Of a stretch of 32,000 nt of DNA, positions 1 to 9,296 are shown piece after piece. This DNA is from Candidatus Saccharimonadota bacterium (GTDB taxonomy: Bacteria > Pseudomonadota > Gammaproteobacteria > Enterobacterales > Enterobacteriaceae): assembly GCF_964059045.1 (NCBI RefSeq), contig NZ_OZ060402.1, positions 240,001-272,000 of the forward strand, read 5' to 3'. A program made the position numbers and the translations under genes. The notes beneath the pieces are model-generated. The model did no database searches. It saw nothing but the letters and a program-made list of their open reading frames with translations, and was not told the origin of the DNA. Position 1 is the stretch's first letter. Each line of letters begins with the position of its first letter.

Positions 1-148
1 CAAGATGAGTAAATTTATGAGTGAAATTTCTTTATTAGAGCAAGATTTTATTTTAGATACTAAAATAAAAGTAAAAGATTTTTTAAATCAACATTCAGGA
101 AGAGTGGAATCTTTTGTTCGATTTGAACTTGGCGATTCAATTAAATAA
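1..148 (+). CDS. tsf: Elongation factor Ts, 3' end only (5' part lies outside the window)
   Basis: Frame 2 reads KMSKFMSEISLLEQDFILDTKIKVKDFLNQHSGRVESFVRFELGDSIK and stops at TAA 146-148. This resembles the C-terminus of enterobacterial EF-Ts as I recall it (..FIRFEVGEGIEK..). It sits directly upstream of pyrH-frr, as in E. coli tsf-pyrH-frr. Confidence 0.8.
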   Translation, partial: KMSKFMSEISLLEQDFILDTKIKVKDFLNQHSGRVESFVRFELGDSIK

Positions 149-231
149 TTATTTTTAAAAATTTTTAATTATTACTTCTATTTTTATGAATATACATTTT
201 CATATTTTTATTTAATTAGGTTTACACAATA

Positions 232-975
232 ATGACCATTATGAAAAAAAATAAACCTATATATCGACGTATTTTATTAAAAATAAGTGGTCAAACATTA
301 CAAAAAAACATTAATGGATTTGGAATAGATATTCAATCAATTGATCGTCTTGTCAAAGAAATTAAAATTTTAGTAGATTATGGTGTAGAAATTGGATTAG
401 TTATAGGTGGTGGTAATTTATTTCGAGGTTTTCATTTAAAACAATTAGGAGTAAATAAAATTATTTCTGATCAAATAGGCATTTTATCTACTGTGATCAA
501 TAGTTTAGCCGTGAAAGATGCAATTCATAGAGCATCTATGAATGTTCATTTAATGTCTGCAATTAAAATTAATGGTATTTGTGAAGGTTATGATTATGAA
601 AAAGCTATTCATTTATTATCAAATCAACATGTTGTTATTTTTGCAGCAGGAATAGGAAATCCGTTTTTTACTACTGATTCAGCTGCATGTTTAAGAGGAA
701 TTGAAATTCAAGCTGATATTCTTCTTAAAGGAACTAAAGTCAATGGAGTATATAATTTAGATCCAGAAAAAAATTTAAATGCTGTTATGTATAAACAACT
801 AAGTTATCATACGGTATTAAAACATGAATTTCAAGTAATGGATTTATCAGCTTTTACTTTAGCCAGGGATCATTGTTTGCCAATTCGTGTTTTTAATATT
901 AATAAATCTGGAGCTTTGCATCGTATTATATTAGGAGAAAATGAAGGTACATTAATTACTACTTCTAATAATTAA
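232..975 (+). CDS. pyrH: UMP kinase
   Basis: 247-aa ORF colinear with E. coli PyrH. Shared motifs include [38 protein letters not shown] and [18 protein letters not shown]. Synteny with tsf and frr supports the call. The true start could be the Met at 241. Confidence 0.95.
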   Translation: MTIMKKNKPIYRRILLKISGQTLQKNINGFGIDIQSIDRLVKEIKILVDYGVEIGLVIGGGNLFRGFHLKQLGVNKIISDQIGILSTVINSLAVKDAIHRASMNVHLMSAIKINGICEGYDYEKAIHLLSNQHVVIFAAGIGNPFFTTDSAACLRGIEIQADILLKGTKVNGVYNLDPEKNLNAVMYKQLSYHTVLKHEFQVMDLSAFTLARDHCLPIRVFNINKSGALHRIILGENEGTLITTSNN

Positions 976-1113
976 ATTCATTTGAGTTTTTTAGATAATT
1001 AATAATTTTAAATAAAAAAATAATTTTTTTATTTTTTATTAGTAATAAAAATTGTCTTTAGTAAATATTTATATATTTTATTAAATAAAAATAAATCTTG
1101 GATAGGTATATAT

Positions 1114-1671
1114 ATGATATTGGAATTACAACAAGATGCTGAGAATAAAATGATTCACTGTGTTACGTTATTTAAAAATAATATTAATAAATTAAGAACT
1201 GGTAAAGCTTCACCAGAAATATTAGATAGTATTCATATTAAATATTTTGGTGTAAATAAATTATTAAGAAATATATCTAATATATCTGTCGAAGATTCTC
1301 GTACTTTAAAAGTGCATGTTTTTGATAAATCAATTAGTATTTTAGTACAAAAATCCATTATAAATGCTGATTTAGGTTTAAATATTAGTCTTTTAGGAGA
1401 TATAATTCGTGTTTCATTTCCAATTTTAACAGAAGAAAGAAGAAAAAAATTAATTAAATTAGTTCGTTTAGAAGCTGAGCAAAGTAGAATTGCTATTCGT
1501 AATATTCGTAGATTATTTAATGAAAAAATAAAAAAACTTTTAAAGAAGAATATTATAACTAAAGATTTAGATCATAGTAGTCAAATAAATATTCAAAATA
1601 AAACTAATCAATATATAAAAAATATAGATTGTGTTTTACTTAGTAAAGAAAAAGAGTTAATGACGTTTTAA
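1114..1671 (+). CDS. frr: Ribosome recycling factor
   Basis: 185-aa ORF, the same length as E. coli RRF, with an RRF-like sequence (LRTGKASPEILD, LTEERRKKLIKLVR.EAEQSRIAIRNIRR). It follows pyrH as in E. coli. Confidence 0.95.
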   Translation: MILELQQDAENKMIHCVTLFKNNINKLRTGKASPEILDSIHIKYFGVNKLLRNISNISVEDSRTLKVHVFDKSISILVQKSIINADLGLNISLLGDIIRVSFPILTEERRKKLIKLVRLEAEQSRIAIRNIRRLFNEKIKKLLKKNIITKDLDHSSQINIQNKTNQYIKNIDCVLLSKEKELMTF

Positions 1672-1868
1672 ATTTAGAATTGATGTTCTATGTTAGAAAA
1701 AGTATTATATTAATTTTTTATCAATATATAACATTTCATATATTAATGATAATGAATAATTTATTTTTATTTTGGAATGGCATTTTTTTTTTATAAATAA
1801 TTATTTTTGTTACATTTAATAAATTCTTAATTAAATGATTATTTTTAGAAGGGTATTATTTTTTATTT

Positions 1869-1929
1869 TAAATATATACAATATTTTTAAAAAATTTTTT
1901 CAATTTTTTAAAAATATTGTATATATTTA
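1869..1929. repeat. Perfect palindrome: 28-bp arms (1869-1896 / 1902-1929) around a 5-nt loop ttttc
   Basis: I paired the bases by hand and all 28 positions are complementary. Pairing fails at 1868/1930. The only G:C pair is 1879/1919. It lies in the 362-bp frr-bamA spacer. Confidence 0.9.
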
Positions 1930-2033
1930 TTTATCATTAACATTATTTAGAATTTTATATTTTTTAAAAAAATTAAAAATATTAATATTTAATAAAAATA
2001 ATATATAGTAATAAATTACTGTAAGATAATCAT

Positions 2034-4469
2034 ATGACCATTTTAATCAAAAAAATATTTTTAGTATTTTTAATATTATTTATGATAAGTATCAATCATA
2101 ATATTCAAGCTAAAAATAAATGGAAAGTAGATAAAATTCAAGTTTTTGGTTTGCATAGAATATCATTGATTCATGTTTTGCATACAATTAAAATTCATGT
2201 TAATCAATTTATTTCACAAAAGAATATTGATGATTCTATTTATGCATTGTTTTTAACAAAAGAATTTGAAAAAATTAAAGTATTTAAGTCTAATCATACT
2301 ATTATTTTTCAATTACAAGAAAGATTAATTATTTCAAAAATTGATTTCTATGGTACAAAAATTTTTTCTTTGAAAATTTTAAAACAAAAATTAAAGGAAT
2401 TAGGAATTGTTCAAGGTCATAGTTTTGATTTGTTTGCTATTGATGTTTTTAAAAAACAAATAAAAAATTTTTATCAGAAAATAGGAAAATATCAATTTAA
2501 AATACAGATTTTATATAAAATATTACCTAATAGTTGTGTTGATTTAAAAATATCTTTATTTGATGGTTATTTTTATATATTAAATGAATTAGAAATTACA
2601 GGAATCAAACATTTTTCATTAATAAAAATTAAAAATTTATTAAATACTAAAAAAAAAATATCAAAGTGGAATATTATAGGAGATAAATATTATTATCCTA
2701 ATAATATATCAGAAGATTTGCAAAAAATACAAAATTTTTATTTCAATCATGGTTACATTCATTTTTTTGTTCATTCAATAAAATTACCTGTTATTAATAA
2801 TAAAAAGATGATTTCAGTATTTATAAATGTACATGAAGGATATAGGTTTAATCTTTCTGATATTTTAATACATGGTGATTTATCATATTATTGTAATAAA
2901 ATTATTAGAAAATTTCATTTTAAACATGGAGAACCTTATAATTTAATTAAGATTAATTATTTAAAATATGAATTATTAAAAATTTTTGTACAAAATGGAT
3001 TTAATGATGCAAAAATAATTATTATTCCTGAAATAAATGAAGATAAACATGATGTAAAAATTCATGTGAATCTTTATACTGGTATTCGTTATATGATTCA
3101 TAAAATTTATTTTAAGGGTAATCAATACACTAAAAATTCAATTTTGCGTAATATAATAGGAATTTCTGAAGGAGATGTTTTTAGAAAAAAAGATTTTTAT
3201 CATGCACAACAAATATTACAACAAACAGGTTTTTTTAAAAATATTAATGTTGATATACATACTATTCCTAATTTAAATAATCAAGTAGATATAATATTTG
3301 ACATAAAAGAAAATAATACTGGTTCGTTCAATTTTAGTTCTGGTTATGGATTTGAAACTGGGGTTAATATAAATTTAAATTTAAATCAGAATAATTGGTT
3401 TGGTTCAGGACAATTATTTTCAATTAATACATTAAATAATAATTACCAAACTTATGGAGAAATAGTATTAGATAATCCTTATTGGTCTAATAACAATAAA
3501 ACATTAACAAATCGTATTTTTTATGATCAATTCAAAGGTGGTTATAGTCATTTTTCAAATTATACCGATACTAGTTATGGTTTTGATTCTAATATAGGAT
3601 ATGTTTTAAATGAAAATAATAAATTGCAGTTTGGAATAGGGTATGTGCATAATGGAATAGCTTATATTAAATCTACAGTATTGACCGATTATGATTTTTT
3701 TAAAAAACACAAAAGATGGAAAGTGAAAAAAAATGTATATCATATTACTGATGATTTTACTTTAAATTTTTTTTTAGATAGTTTTTATCCCTTTTTTTAT
3801 AATTCAGATTGGTTAAAAAATTTTTTTAATATAACTGGCAAAATTACTATTCCTGGATCAGATAATAATTTTTTTAAGTTATTAGTGGAAAACCAACAAT
3901 CGTTTTTTTTAGATAAACAAAAATTATTTAGATTGTTATTTCATTCTCGTTTAGGAATCGGTGATTCATGGATATCAGATACAAAAATGCCATTTTATGA
4001 AAATTTTTATGCTGGTGGATCGCATTCAGTACGTGGTTTTGCAATTAATAGTATAGGTCCAAAAATTAATACATATAATACTAATATTCATTCTTGTTCA
4101 AAATCGAATAAAAATGAAAATTGTTATATTTATAATTTTATTGGAGGAAATCGAATGCTGATCACGAATTTAGATTTATTTATAACTAATTTATTTTGTA
4201 AGAATGTAAATCAAAATAAATTTAATACTTCACTTTTTTTCGACTTAGGAACAGTTTGGGATACAAATTGGAAAAACATGTTAAATAATAATACTTCAAA
4301 TAATTCTTTAAGTTATAAAAACCCTAATAAAATTCATAGTTCTGTTGGTTTATCATTAAAATGGAAATCATCATTAGGAGAAATATCTCTTTCTTATGCA
4401 GAACCAATAGGTACTTATAATAAGTATAAAATAGAAAAGTTTCAATTTAATATAGGGAAAATATCTTAA
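2034..4469 (+). CDS. bamA: Outer membrane protein assembly factor BamA (YaeT/Omp85)
   Basis: 811-aa ORF (E. coli BamA is about 810 aa). It has a hydrophobic signal-like N-terminus and a long POTRA-length N-terminal part. Barrel motifs FYENFYAGGSHSVRGF and the C-terminal EKFQFNIGK match E. coli BamA as recalled. It lies upstream of fabZ as in E. coli. Confidence 0.93.
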   Translation: MTILIKKIFLVFLILFMISINHNIQAKNKWKVDKIQVFGLHRISLIHVLHTIKIHVNQFISQKNIDDSIYALFLTKEFEKIKVFKSNHTIIFQLQERLIISKIDFYGTKIFSLKILKQKLKELGIVQGHSFDLFAIDVFKKQIKNFYQKIGKYQFKIQILYKILPNSCVDLKISLFDGYFYILNELEITGIKHFSLIKIKNLLNTKKKISKWNIIGDKYYYPNNISEDLQKIQNFYFNHGYIHFFVHSIKLPVINNKKMISVFINVHEGYRFNLSDILIHGDLSYYCNKIIRKFHFKHGEPYNLIKINYLKYELLKIFVQNGFNDAKIIIIPEINEDKHDVKIHVNLYTGIRYMIHKIYFKGNQYTKNSILRNIIGISEGDVFRKKDFYHAQQILQQTGFFKNINVDIHTIPNLNNQVDIIFDIKENNTGSFNFSSGYGFETGVNINLNLNQNNWFGSGQLFSINTLNNNYQTYGEIVLDNPYWSNNNKTLTNRIFYDQFKGGYSHFSNYTDTSYGFDSNIGYVLNENNKLQFGIGYVHNGIAYIKSTVLTDYDFFKKHKRWKVKKNVYHITDDFTLNFFLDSFYPFFYNSDWLKNFFNITGKITIPGSDNNFFKLLVENQQSFFLDKQKLFRLLFHSRLGIGDSWISDTKMPFYENFYAGGSHSVRGFAINSIGPKINTYNTNIHSCSKSNKNENCYIYNFIGGNRMLITNLDLFITNLFCKNVNQNKFNTSLFFDLGTVWDTNWKNMLNNNTSNNSLSYKNPNKIHSSVGLSLKWKSSLGEISLSYAEPIGTYNKYKIEKFQFNIGKIS

Positions 4470-4551
4470 ATAAATATTTTAAATTTTACAAAATTGTTTT
4501 TATTAATTCATGTATCTATTGATTATTGATTTTATTTTAATGAGTATAATT

Positions 4552-4995
4552 ATGTATGAAAATAATATATTCGATTTAGATTTTATTTTTAATGCATTAC
4601 ATCATAGATATCCTTTTTTATTAGTAGATCGTATTATAAAATTTGAAAAAGATAATTTTATTATATCTATTAAAAATGTTACTATTAATGAATATTATTT
4701 TCAAGGACATTTTCCAATAAAAAAAATTGTTCCTGGTATTTTATTAATAGAATCTATAGCTCAAACAGCAGGTATTTTTTTATTTCAAAATAATATTTCT
4801 CAAAAATGTGCTAAAAAATATTATTTATCTAGCATTCATAAAGCTCAATTTAAAAAACCAGTAATTCCAGGAGATCAAATGATTATTAAAGTCATATTAG
4901 ATCAATTTTTTAAAAATTTTTACAAATTTAATGCTTTGATAAAAGTTGATAATAATATTGTTTGCAAATCTATTATCACGTGTACTAATTTTTAA
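4552..4995 (+). CDS. fabZ: 3-hydroxyacyl-ACP dehydratase FabZ
   Basis: Motifs HHRYPFLLVDR, FQGHFP (catalytic His) and PGILLIESIAQ (catalytic Glu) match E. coli FabZ. The ORF is open from 4510. I place the start at ATG 4552 (MYENN..) because that gives the same spacing to the HRxPFLLVDR motif as in E. coli. The start is uncertain (4510, 4540 or 4552). Confidence 0.88.
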   Translation: MYENNIFDLDFIFNALHHRYPFLLVDRIIKFEKDNFIISIKNVTINEYYFQGHFPIKKIVPGILLIESIAQTAGIFLFQNNISQKCAKKYYLSSIHKAQFKKPVIPGDQMIIKVILDQFFKNFYKFNALIKVDNNIVCKSIITCTNF

Positions 4996-5116
4996 ACATC
5001 ATAAAATTATATTTATTAAATATATTGATAAAAATATTTTTAAAAAATTATTTTTTTATCGATTCAATAAGATTAATATCGTTTAATATTAATTTTAATT
5101 AAAATAAGTTAAAAAT

Positions 5117-5704
5117 ATGATTCAATATAATTTTTCTATAAAATCTTGTTTAACTGCTGGTGTAGATGAAGTGGGTTGTGGATCATTAGTAGGTAATATT
5201 GTAAGTGCTGCAGTTATTTTGAATAATATTAATTTTATTAATAATCTGAAGGATTCTAAAAAATTATCTATTAAAGAGCGATCACAGATATCTATTGAAA
5301 TAAAAAAAAAATCAAGATGTTGGAGTCTAGGTTACGTCAACACTGAAGAAATAGAAAGATTAAATGTTTTTTATGCGAGATTATTAGCTATGTCTCGTGC
5401 CATTCAAAATTTAACGATATCTCCTGATTTTATTTTTTTTGATGGTAAACATATTCCTCAAGTTTCTATTCCATCGATGGCTATAGTTCGAGGAGATAAT
5501 ATTATTCCTGAAATTAGTGCTGCTTCAATTTTAGCAAAAGTAGAAAGAGATAATGAAATGATTAATTTACATAAACATTACCCAGAATATAATTTTAAAA
5601 AAAATAAAGGGTATCCTACTAAAGCTCATTTATCCGCTTTGTCAAAATATGGTATAACTATTTTTCATCGATTTAATTTTTCTCCTGTTAAAAAATTTTT
5701 ATAA
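5117..5704 (+). CDS. rnhB: Ribonuclease HII
   Basis: 195-aa ORF with AGVDEVGCGSLVG..VSAAVIL (E. coli AGVDEVGRGPLVG..), KDSKKLS and GYPTKAH. It lies immediately upstream of dnaE as in E. coli. Confidence 0.93.
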   Translation: MIQYNFSIKSCLTAGVDEVGCGSLVGNIVSAAVILNNINFINNLKDSKKLSIKERSQISIEIKKKSRCWSLGYVNTEEIERLNVFYARLLAMSRAIQNLTISPDFIFFDGKHIPQVSIPSMAIVRGDNIIPEISAASILAKVERDNEMINLHKHYPEYNFKKNKGYPTKAHLSALSKYGITIFHRFNFSPVKKFL

Positions 5705-5759
5705 AACATATGGTATAAAAATAATACATTACAAATAAAAATAATTGGTAAGATAAAGA

Positions 5760-8700
5760 ATGTATAATACTCAATTTGTTCATCTTCGTATACATAGTGA
5801 TTATTCTTTAATAGATGGATTGTCTAAACCGGATAAATTAGTTCAACATGTATCTAATTTAAATTTTCCAGCGATGGCTATAACCGATTTTGGAAATTTT
5901 TATGGTATTATTAAATTTTATAAATCTGCTTATCTTGCAGGAATTAAACCAATTATTGGTGTTGATGTTAATATTCGGTCAAACATATTTCCAAATAAAT
6001 TAACTAAATTAACTTTATTTGCTGCTAATAATCAAGGATATTATAATTTAATTATTTTAATATCTATGTCTTATCAGAAAGGTTATAAAAATTCTATTTT
6101 ATCAGTATATATTGAACAAGAATGGTTATTAAAATATAAAAATGGATTAATTATTTTATCTGGAGGTATTTTTGGTGATTTAGGGATGAGTTTATTAACA
6201 AATAATAATAAATTAATTTTTAATTGTATATCTTTTTATAAAAAATATTTTCCTGATAATTATTATATTGAATTAACTAGAACTAATCGTATTAATGAAG
6301 ATATTTATTGTAAAAAAGCTGTTTTAATAGCATTAAAAACTCATATTCCTGTTGTTGCAACAAATGATGTTCGTTTTATAAATAAAGAAGATTTTGATGC
6401 TCATAATGTACGTGTAGCTGTTCAAAAAGGTATTTCAATTAATAGTGCTTATTTATTACAAGAATATACATGTGAACAATATTTAAAAACAGAAGATGAA
6501 ATGTGTAAATTGTTTTCAGACATTCCTCAAGCTTTATTTAATACTGTTGAATTAGCAAAAAGATGTAATGTAACAATTCGTTTAGGAGAATATTTTTTAC
6601 CTCAGTTTCCTACTGGAAAAATGAATACTAAAAATTTTTTAATTTTAAAATCTAAAGCTGGATTAGAAAAAAGATTAAAAATTATTTATCCGGATAAAAA
6701 TTTAAGAATATTAAAAAGAAAGAAATATGATTTAAGATTAGACAACGAGTTAAATGTAATTAATAAAATGGGTTTTCCTGGTTATTTTTTAATTGTTATG
6801 GAGTTTATACAATGGTCTAAAAATAACAATATTCCAGTTGGACCAGGAAGGGGTTCAGGGGCTGGATCATTAGTAGCATATGCTTTAAATATTACAGAAC
6901 TAGATCCTTTATCTTTTGATTTGTTATTTGAAAGATTTTTAAATTCTGAAAGAATTTCTTTACCAGATTTAGATATTGATTTTTGTATTCAAAAACGAGA
7001 TCAAGTAATTGAACATGTTGCTAGTATTTATGGTCGTGATTCAGTTTCTCAAATTATTACATTTGGGACTATGACTGCTCGAGCAGTTATTAAAGATGTA
7101 GGTAGAACATTAGGTTATCCGTATGGATTTTTAAATAGAGTTTCTAAATTAATTCCATTAGATCTTAGAATAACATTAGATAAAGCTTTATCTACATGTT
7201 CGGAATTAAATAATTTATATAAAATTAATCCAGACGTAAAAATATTAATTAATATTGCAAAAAAATTAGAAGGGGTGACTCGTAATATTAGCAAACATGC
7301 TGGTGGTGTTGTTATTTCTCCTACTAAAATTATTAATTTTTCACCATTATATTATGATGAAACAGGAAATAATCAAGTTACACAGTTTGATAAAAATGAT
7401 ATTGAAAATGTTGGTTTACTTAAATTTGATTTTTTAGGTTTAAGAACTTTAACAATTATTCATTCTGCTGTTAAAATGATTAATAATAATTATTATAATC
7501 AAGAAAAAAATAATTATGTTGATATAAATTTAATTTCTTTAAATGATAAAAAATGTTTTAATTATTTACAAAAAGCAAAAACTACTGCTGTTTTTCAATT
7601 AGAATCAACAGGAATGAAAGATTTAATTAAAAGATTAAAACCTGATACGTTTGAAGATATTATTGCTTTAGTCGCTTTATTTAGACCAGGTCCTTTGCAA
7701 TCTGGAATGGTGGATAATTTTATTAATCGAAAACATGGTTTAGAAAAGATATATTTTCCAGATAAAAAATGGCAACATATATTATTAAAACCAATTTTAG
7801 AATCTACTTACGGTGTTATTTTATATCAAGAACAAGTAATGAAAATAGCTCAAGTTTTAGCTGGTTATACATTAGGACACGCTGATATTTTTCGAAGAGC
7901 AATGGGTAAAAAAAATCCAGAAGAAATGTCTAGACAGCGTTCTATATTTCAAGCAGGAGCACAAAAAAATGGAATTAATAGTAATTTATCGATTAAAATT
8001 TTTGATTTGTTGGAAAAATTTGCTGGATATGGTTTTAACAAATCACATTCGGCGGCGTATGCTTTAGTATCTTATCAAACTTTATGGTTAAAAGTAAATT
8101 ATCCATCTGAATTTTTATCTTCAGCAATGAATTCTGAGATAGACAATACAAATAAATTAATGATTTTAATTGATGAAGTCTTTACAATTGGTATTGTTGT
8201 ATTGCCTCCAGATGTAAATTATAGTGAATTTTATTTTTATGTTAATCAAAAAAAAGAAATTATTTATGGTTTAGGAGCAATTAAAGGAATAGGTAAAAAT
8301 ATTATATTGTCTATTTTAGAATCTAGAAAAAAATTCGGAAAGTTTAATGATATTTTTGATTTTTGTTTACGTTTAGATTCAAAAAAAATAACTCGTAGAA
8401 TTTTATTAAAATTGATTATGTCTGGATCATTTGATTCTTTTAATATTCATAGATCTGCTTTAGTCGATATCTTAAATAATGTTATATATGCTACAAAACA
8501 ATATATTATCGAAAAAACCAATAAACAAAATAACATATTTGGTAATATACATTATGAGTTTCAAAAAATTACAAAAAGTATTATTCAATCATCTTCTACT
8601 TGGTCAGAAAAACAAAAATTAAATTTTGAAAAAGAAACATTAGGGATTTATCTTACTGGACATCCAATTAATGAATATTTATATGAATTACTTCATTATA

Positions 8701-9257
8701 CTCGTGGCTTTCGTATTAAAGATGTATTTTTAATTATACGTAATAAAACAAGTTGTATTATTGCTGGTATAGTAACAGATATTAAAAAAAAAATTACTAA
8801 AAATAATGATAATTTTTATATTTTACAAATAGATGATAAATCACATAGAATTGAAGTGATTATTTTTTCTAATTTAATAAAAAAATATCATAATTTATTG
8901 TTTAAAGATAATATATTAATTATTAAAGGTTATGTTGTAATTGATAAGGTAGCTAATTATTATAAAATAATTGCAGTACATATTATTAATTTAGATACTG
9001 CTAGACAAAAATATGTAAAAAAGATTGTTCTCTTCTTAAACATAGAAATGAATGAATTATTTTTAAGTAAATTATATAAAATATTAGAAAAGTATGTTGG
9101 TGGTCCTATTCCAATTTATATTAGTTATCAGAATAAAAAAAAAGTTTTTTTAAAATTTCCGTTAAATATTCAATGGTGTGTTTTTCCAAATGAAAAATTA
9201 ATTTCTGATATTAATATAATGAAGGATATAAAAAAAATTCAATTTGATTTTAAATAG
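5760..9257 (+). CDS. dnaE: DNA polymerase III alpha subunit
   Basis: 1165-aa ORF (E. coli 1160 aa). It carries the PHP-domain N-terminus FVHLRIHSDYSLIDG, then GPGRGSGAGSLVAYAL.IT..DP, FDFLGLRTLT and GYGFNKSHSAAYAL. Confidence 0.97.
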   Translation: MYNTQFVHLRIHSDYSLIDGLSKPDKLVQHVSNLNFPAMAITDFGNFYGIIKFYKSAYLAGIKPIIGVDVNIRSNIFPNKLTKLTLFAANNQGYYNLIILISMSYQKGYKNSILSVYIEQEWLLKYKNGLIILSGGIFGDLGMSLLTNNNKLIFNCISFYKKYFPDNYYIELTRTNRINEDIYCKKAVLIALKTHIPVVATNDVRFINKEDFDAHNVRVAVQKGISINSAYLLQEYTCEQYLKTEDEMCKLFSDIPQALFNTVELAKRCNVTIRLGEYFLPQFPTGKMNTKNFLILKSKAGLEKRLKIIYPDKNLRILKRKKYDLRLDNELNVINKMGFPGYFLIVMEFIQWSKNNNIPVGPGRGSGAGSLVAYALNITELDPLSFDLLFERFLNSERISLPDLDIDFCIQKRDQVIEHVASIYGRDSVSQIITFGTMTARAVIKDVGRTLGYPYGFLNRVSKLIPLDLRITLDKALSTCSELNNLYKINPDVKILINIAKKLEGVTRNISKHAGGVVISPTKIINFSPLYYDETGNNQVTQFDKNDIENVGLLKFDFLGLRTLTIIHSAVKMINNNYYNQEKNNYVDINLISLNDKKCFNYLQKAKTTAVFQLESTGMKDLIKRLKPDTFEDIIALVALFRPGPLQSGMVDNFINRKHGLEKIYFPDKKWQHILLKPILESTYGVILYQEQVMKIAQVLAGYTLGHADIFRRAMGKKNPEEMSRQRSIFQAGAQKNGINSNLSIKIFDLLEKFAGYGFNKSHSAAYALVSYQTLWLKVNYPSEFLSSAMNSEIDNTNKLMILIDEVFTIGIVVLPPDVNYSEFYFYVNQKKEIIYGLGAIKGIGKNIILSILESRKKFGKFNDIFDFCLRLDSKKITRRILLKLIMSGSFDSFNIHRSALVDILNNVIYATKQYIIEKTNKQNNIFGNIHYEFQKITKSIIQSSSTWSEKQKLNFEKETLGIYLTGHPINEYLYELLHYTRGFRIKDVFLIIRNKTSCIIAGIVTDIKKKITKNNDNFYILQIDDKSHRIEVIIFSNLIKKYHNLLFKDNILIIKGYVVIDKVANYYKIIAVHIINLDTARQKYVKKIVLFLNIEMNELFLSKLYKILEKYVGGPIPIYISYQNKKKVFLKFPLNIQWCVFPNEKLISDINIMKDIKKIQFDFK

Positions 9258-9296
9258 ATTATTTTTAATATATTTTATTCAAGATAAAATTTTATT

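Noticed and set aside
1011-1033. AT-only complementary 11-mers (aataaaaaaat / atttttttatt) after pyrH, as a terminator
   Set aside because: The two halves are separated by 1 nt, so no viable loop can form. They contain no G:C pairs.
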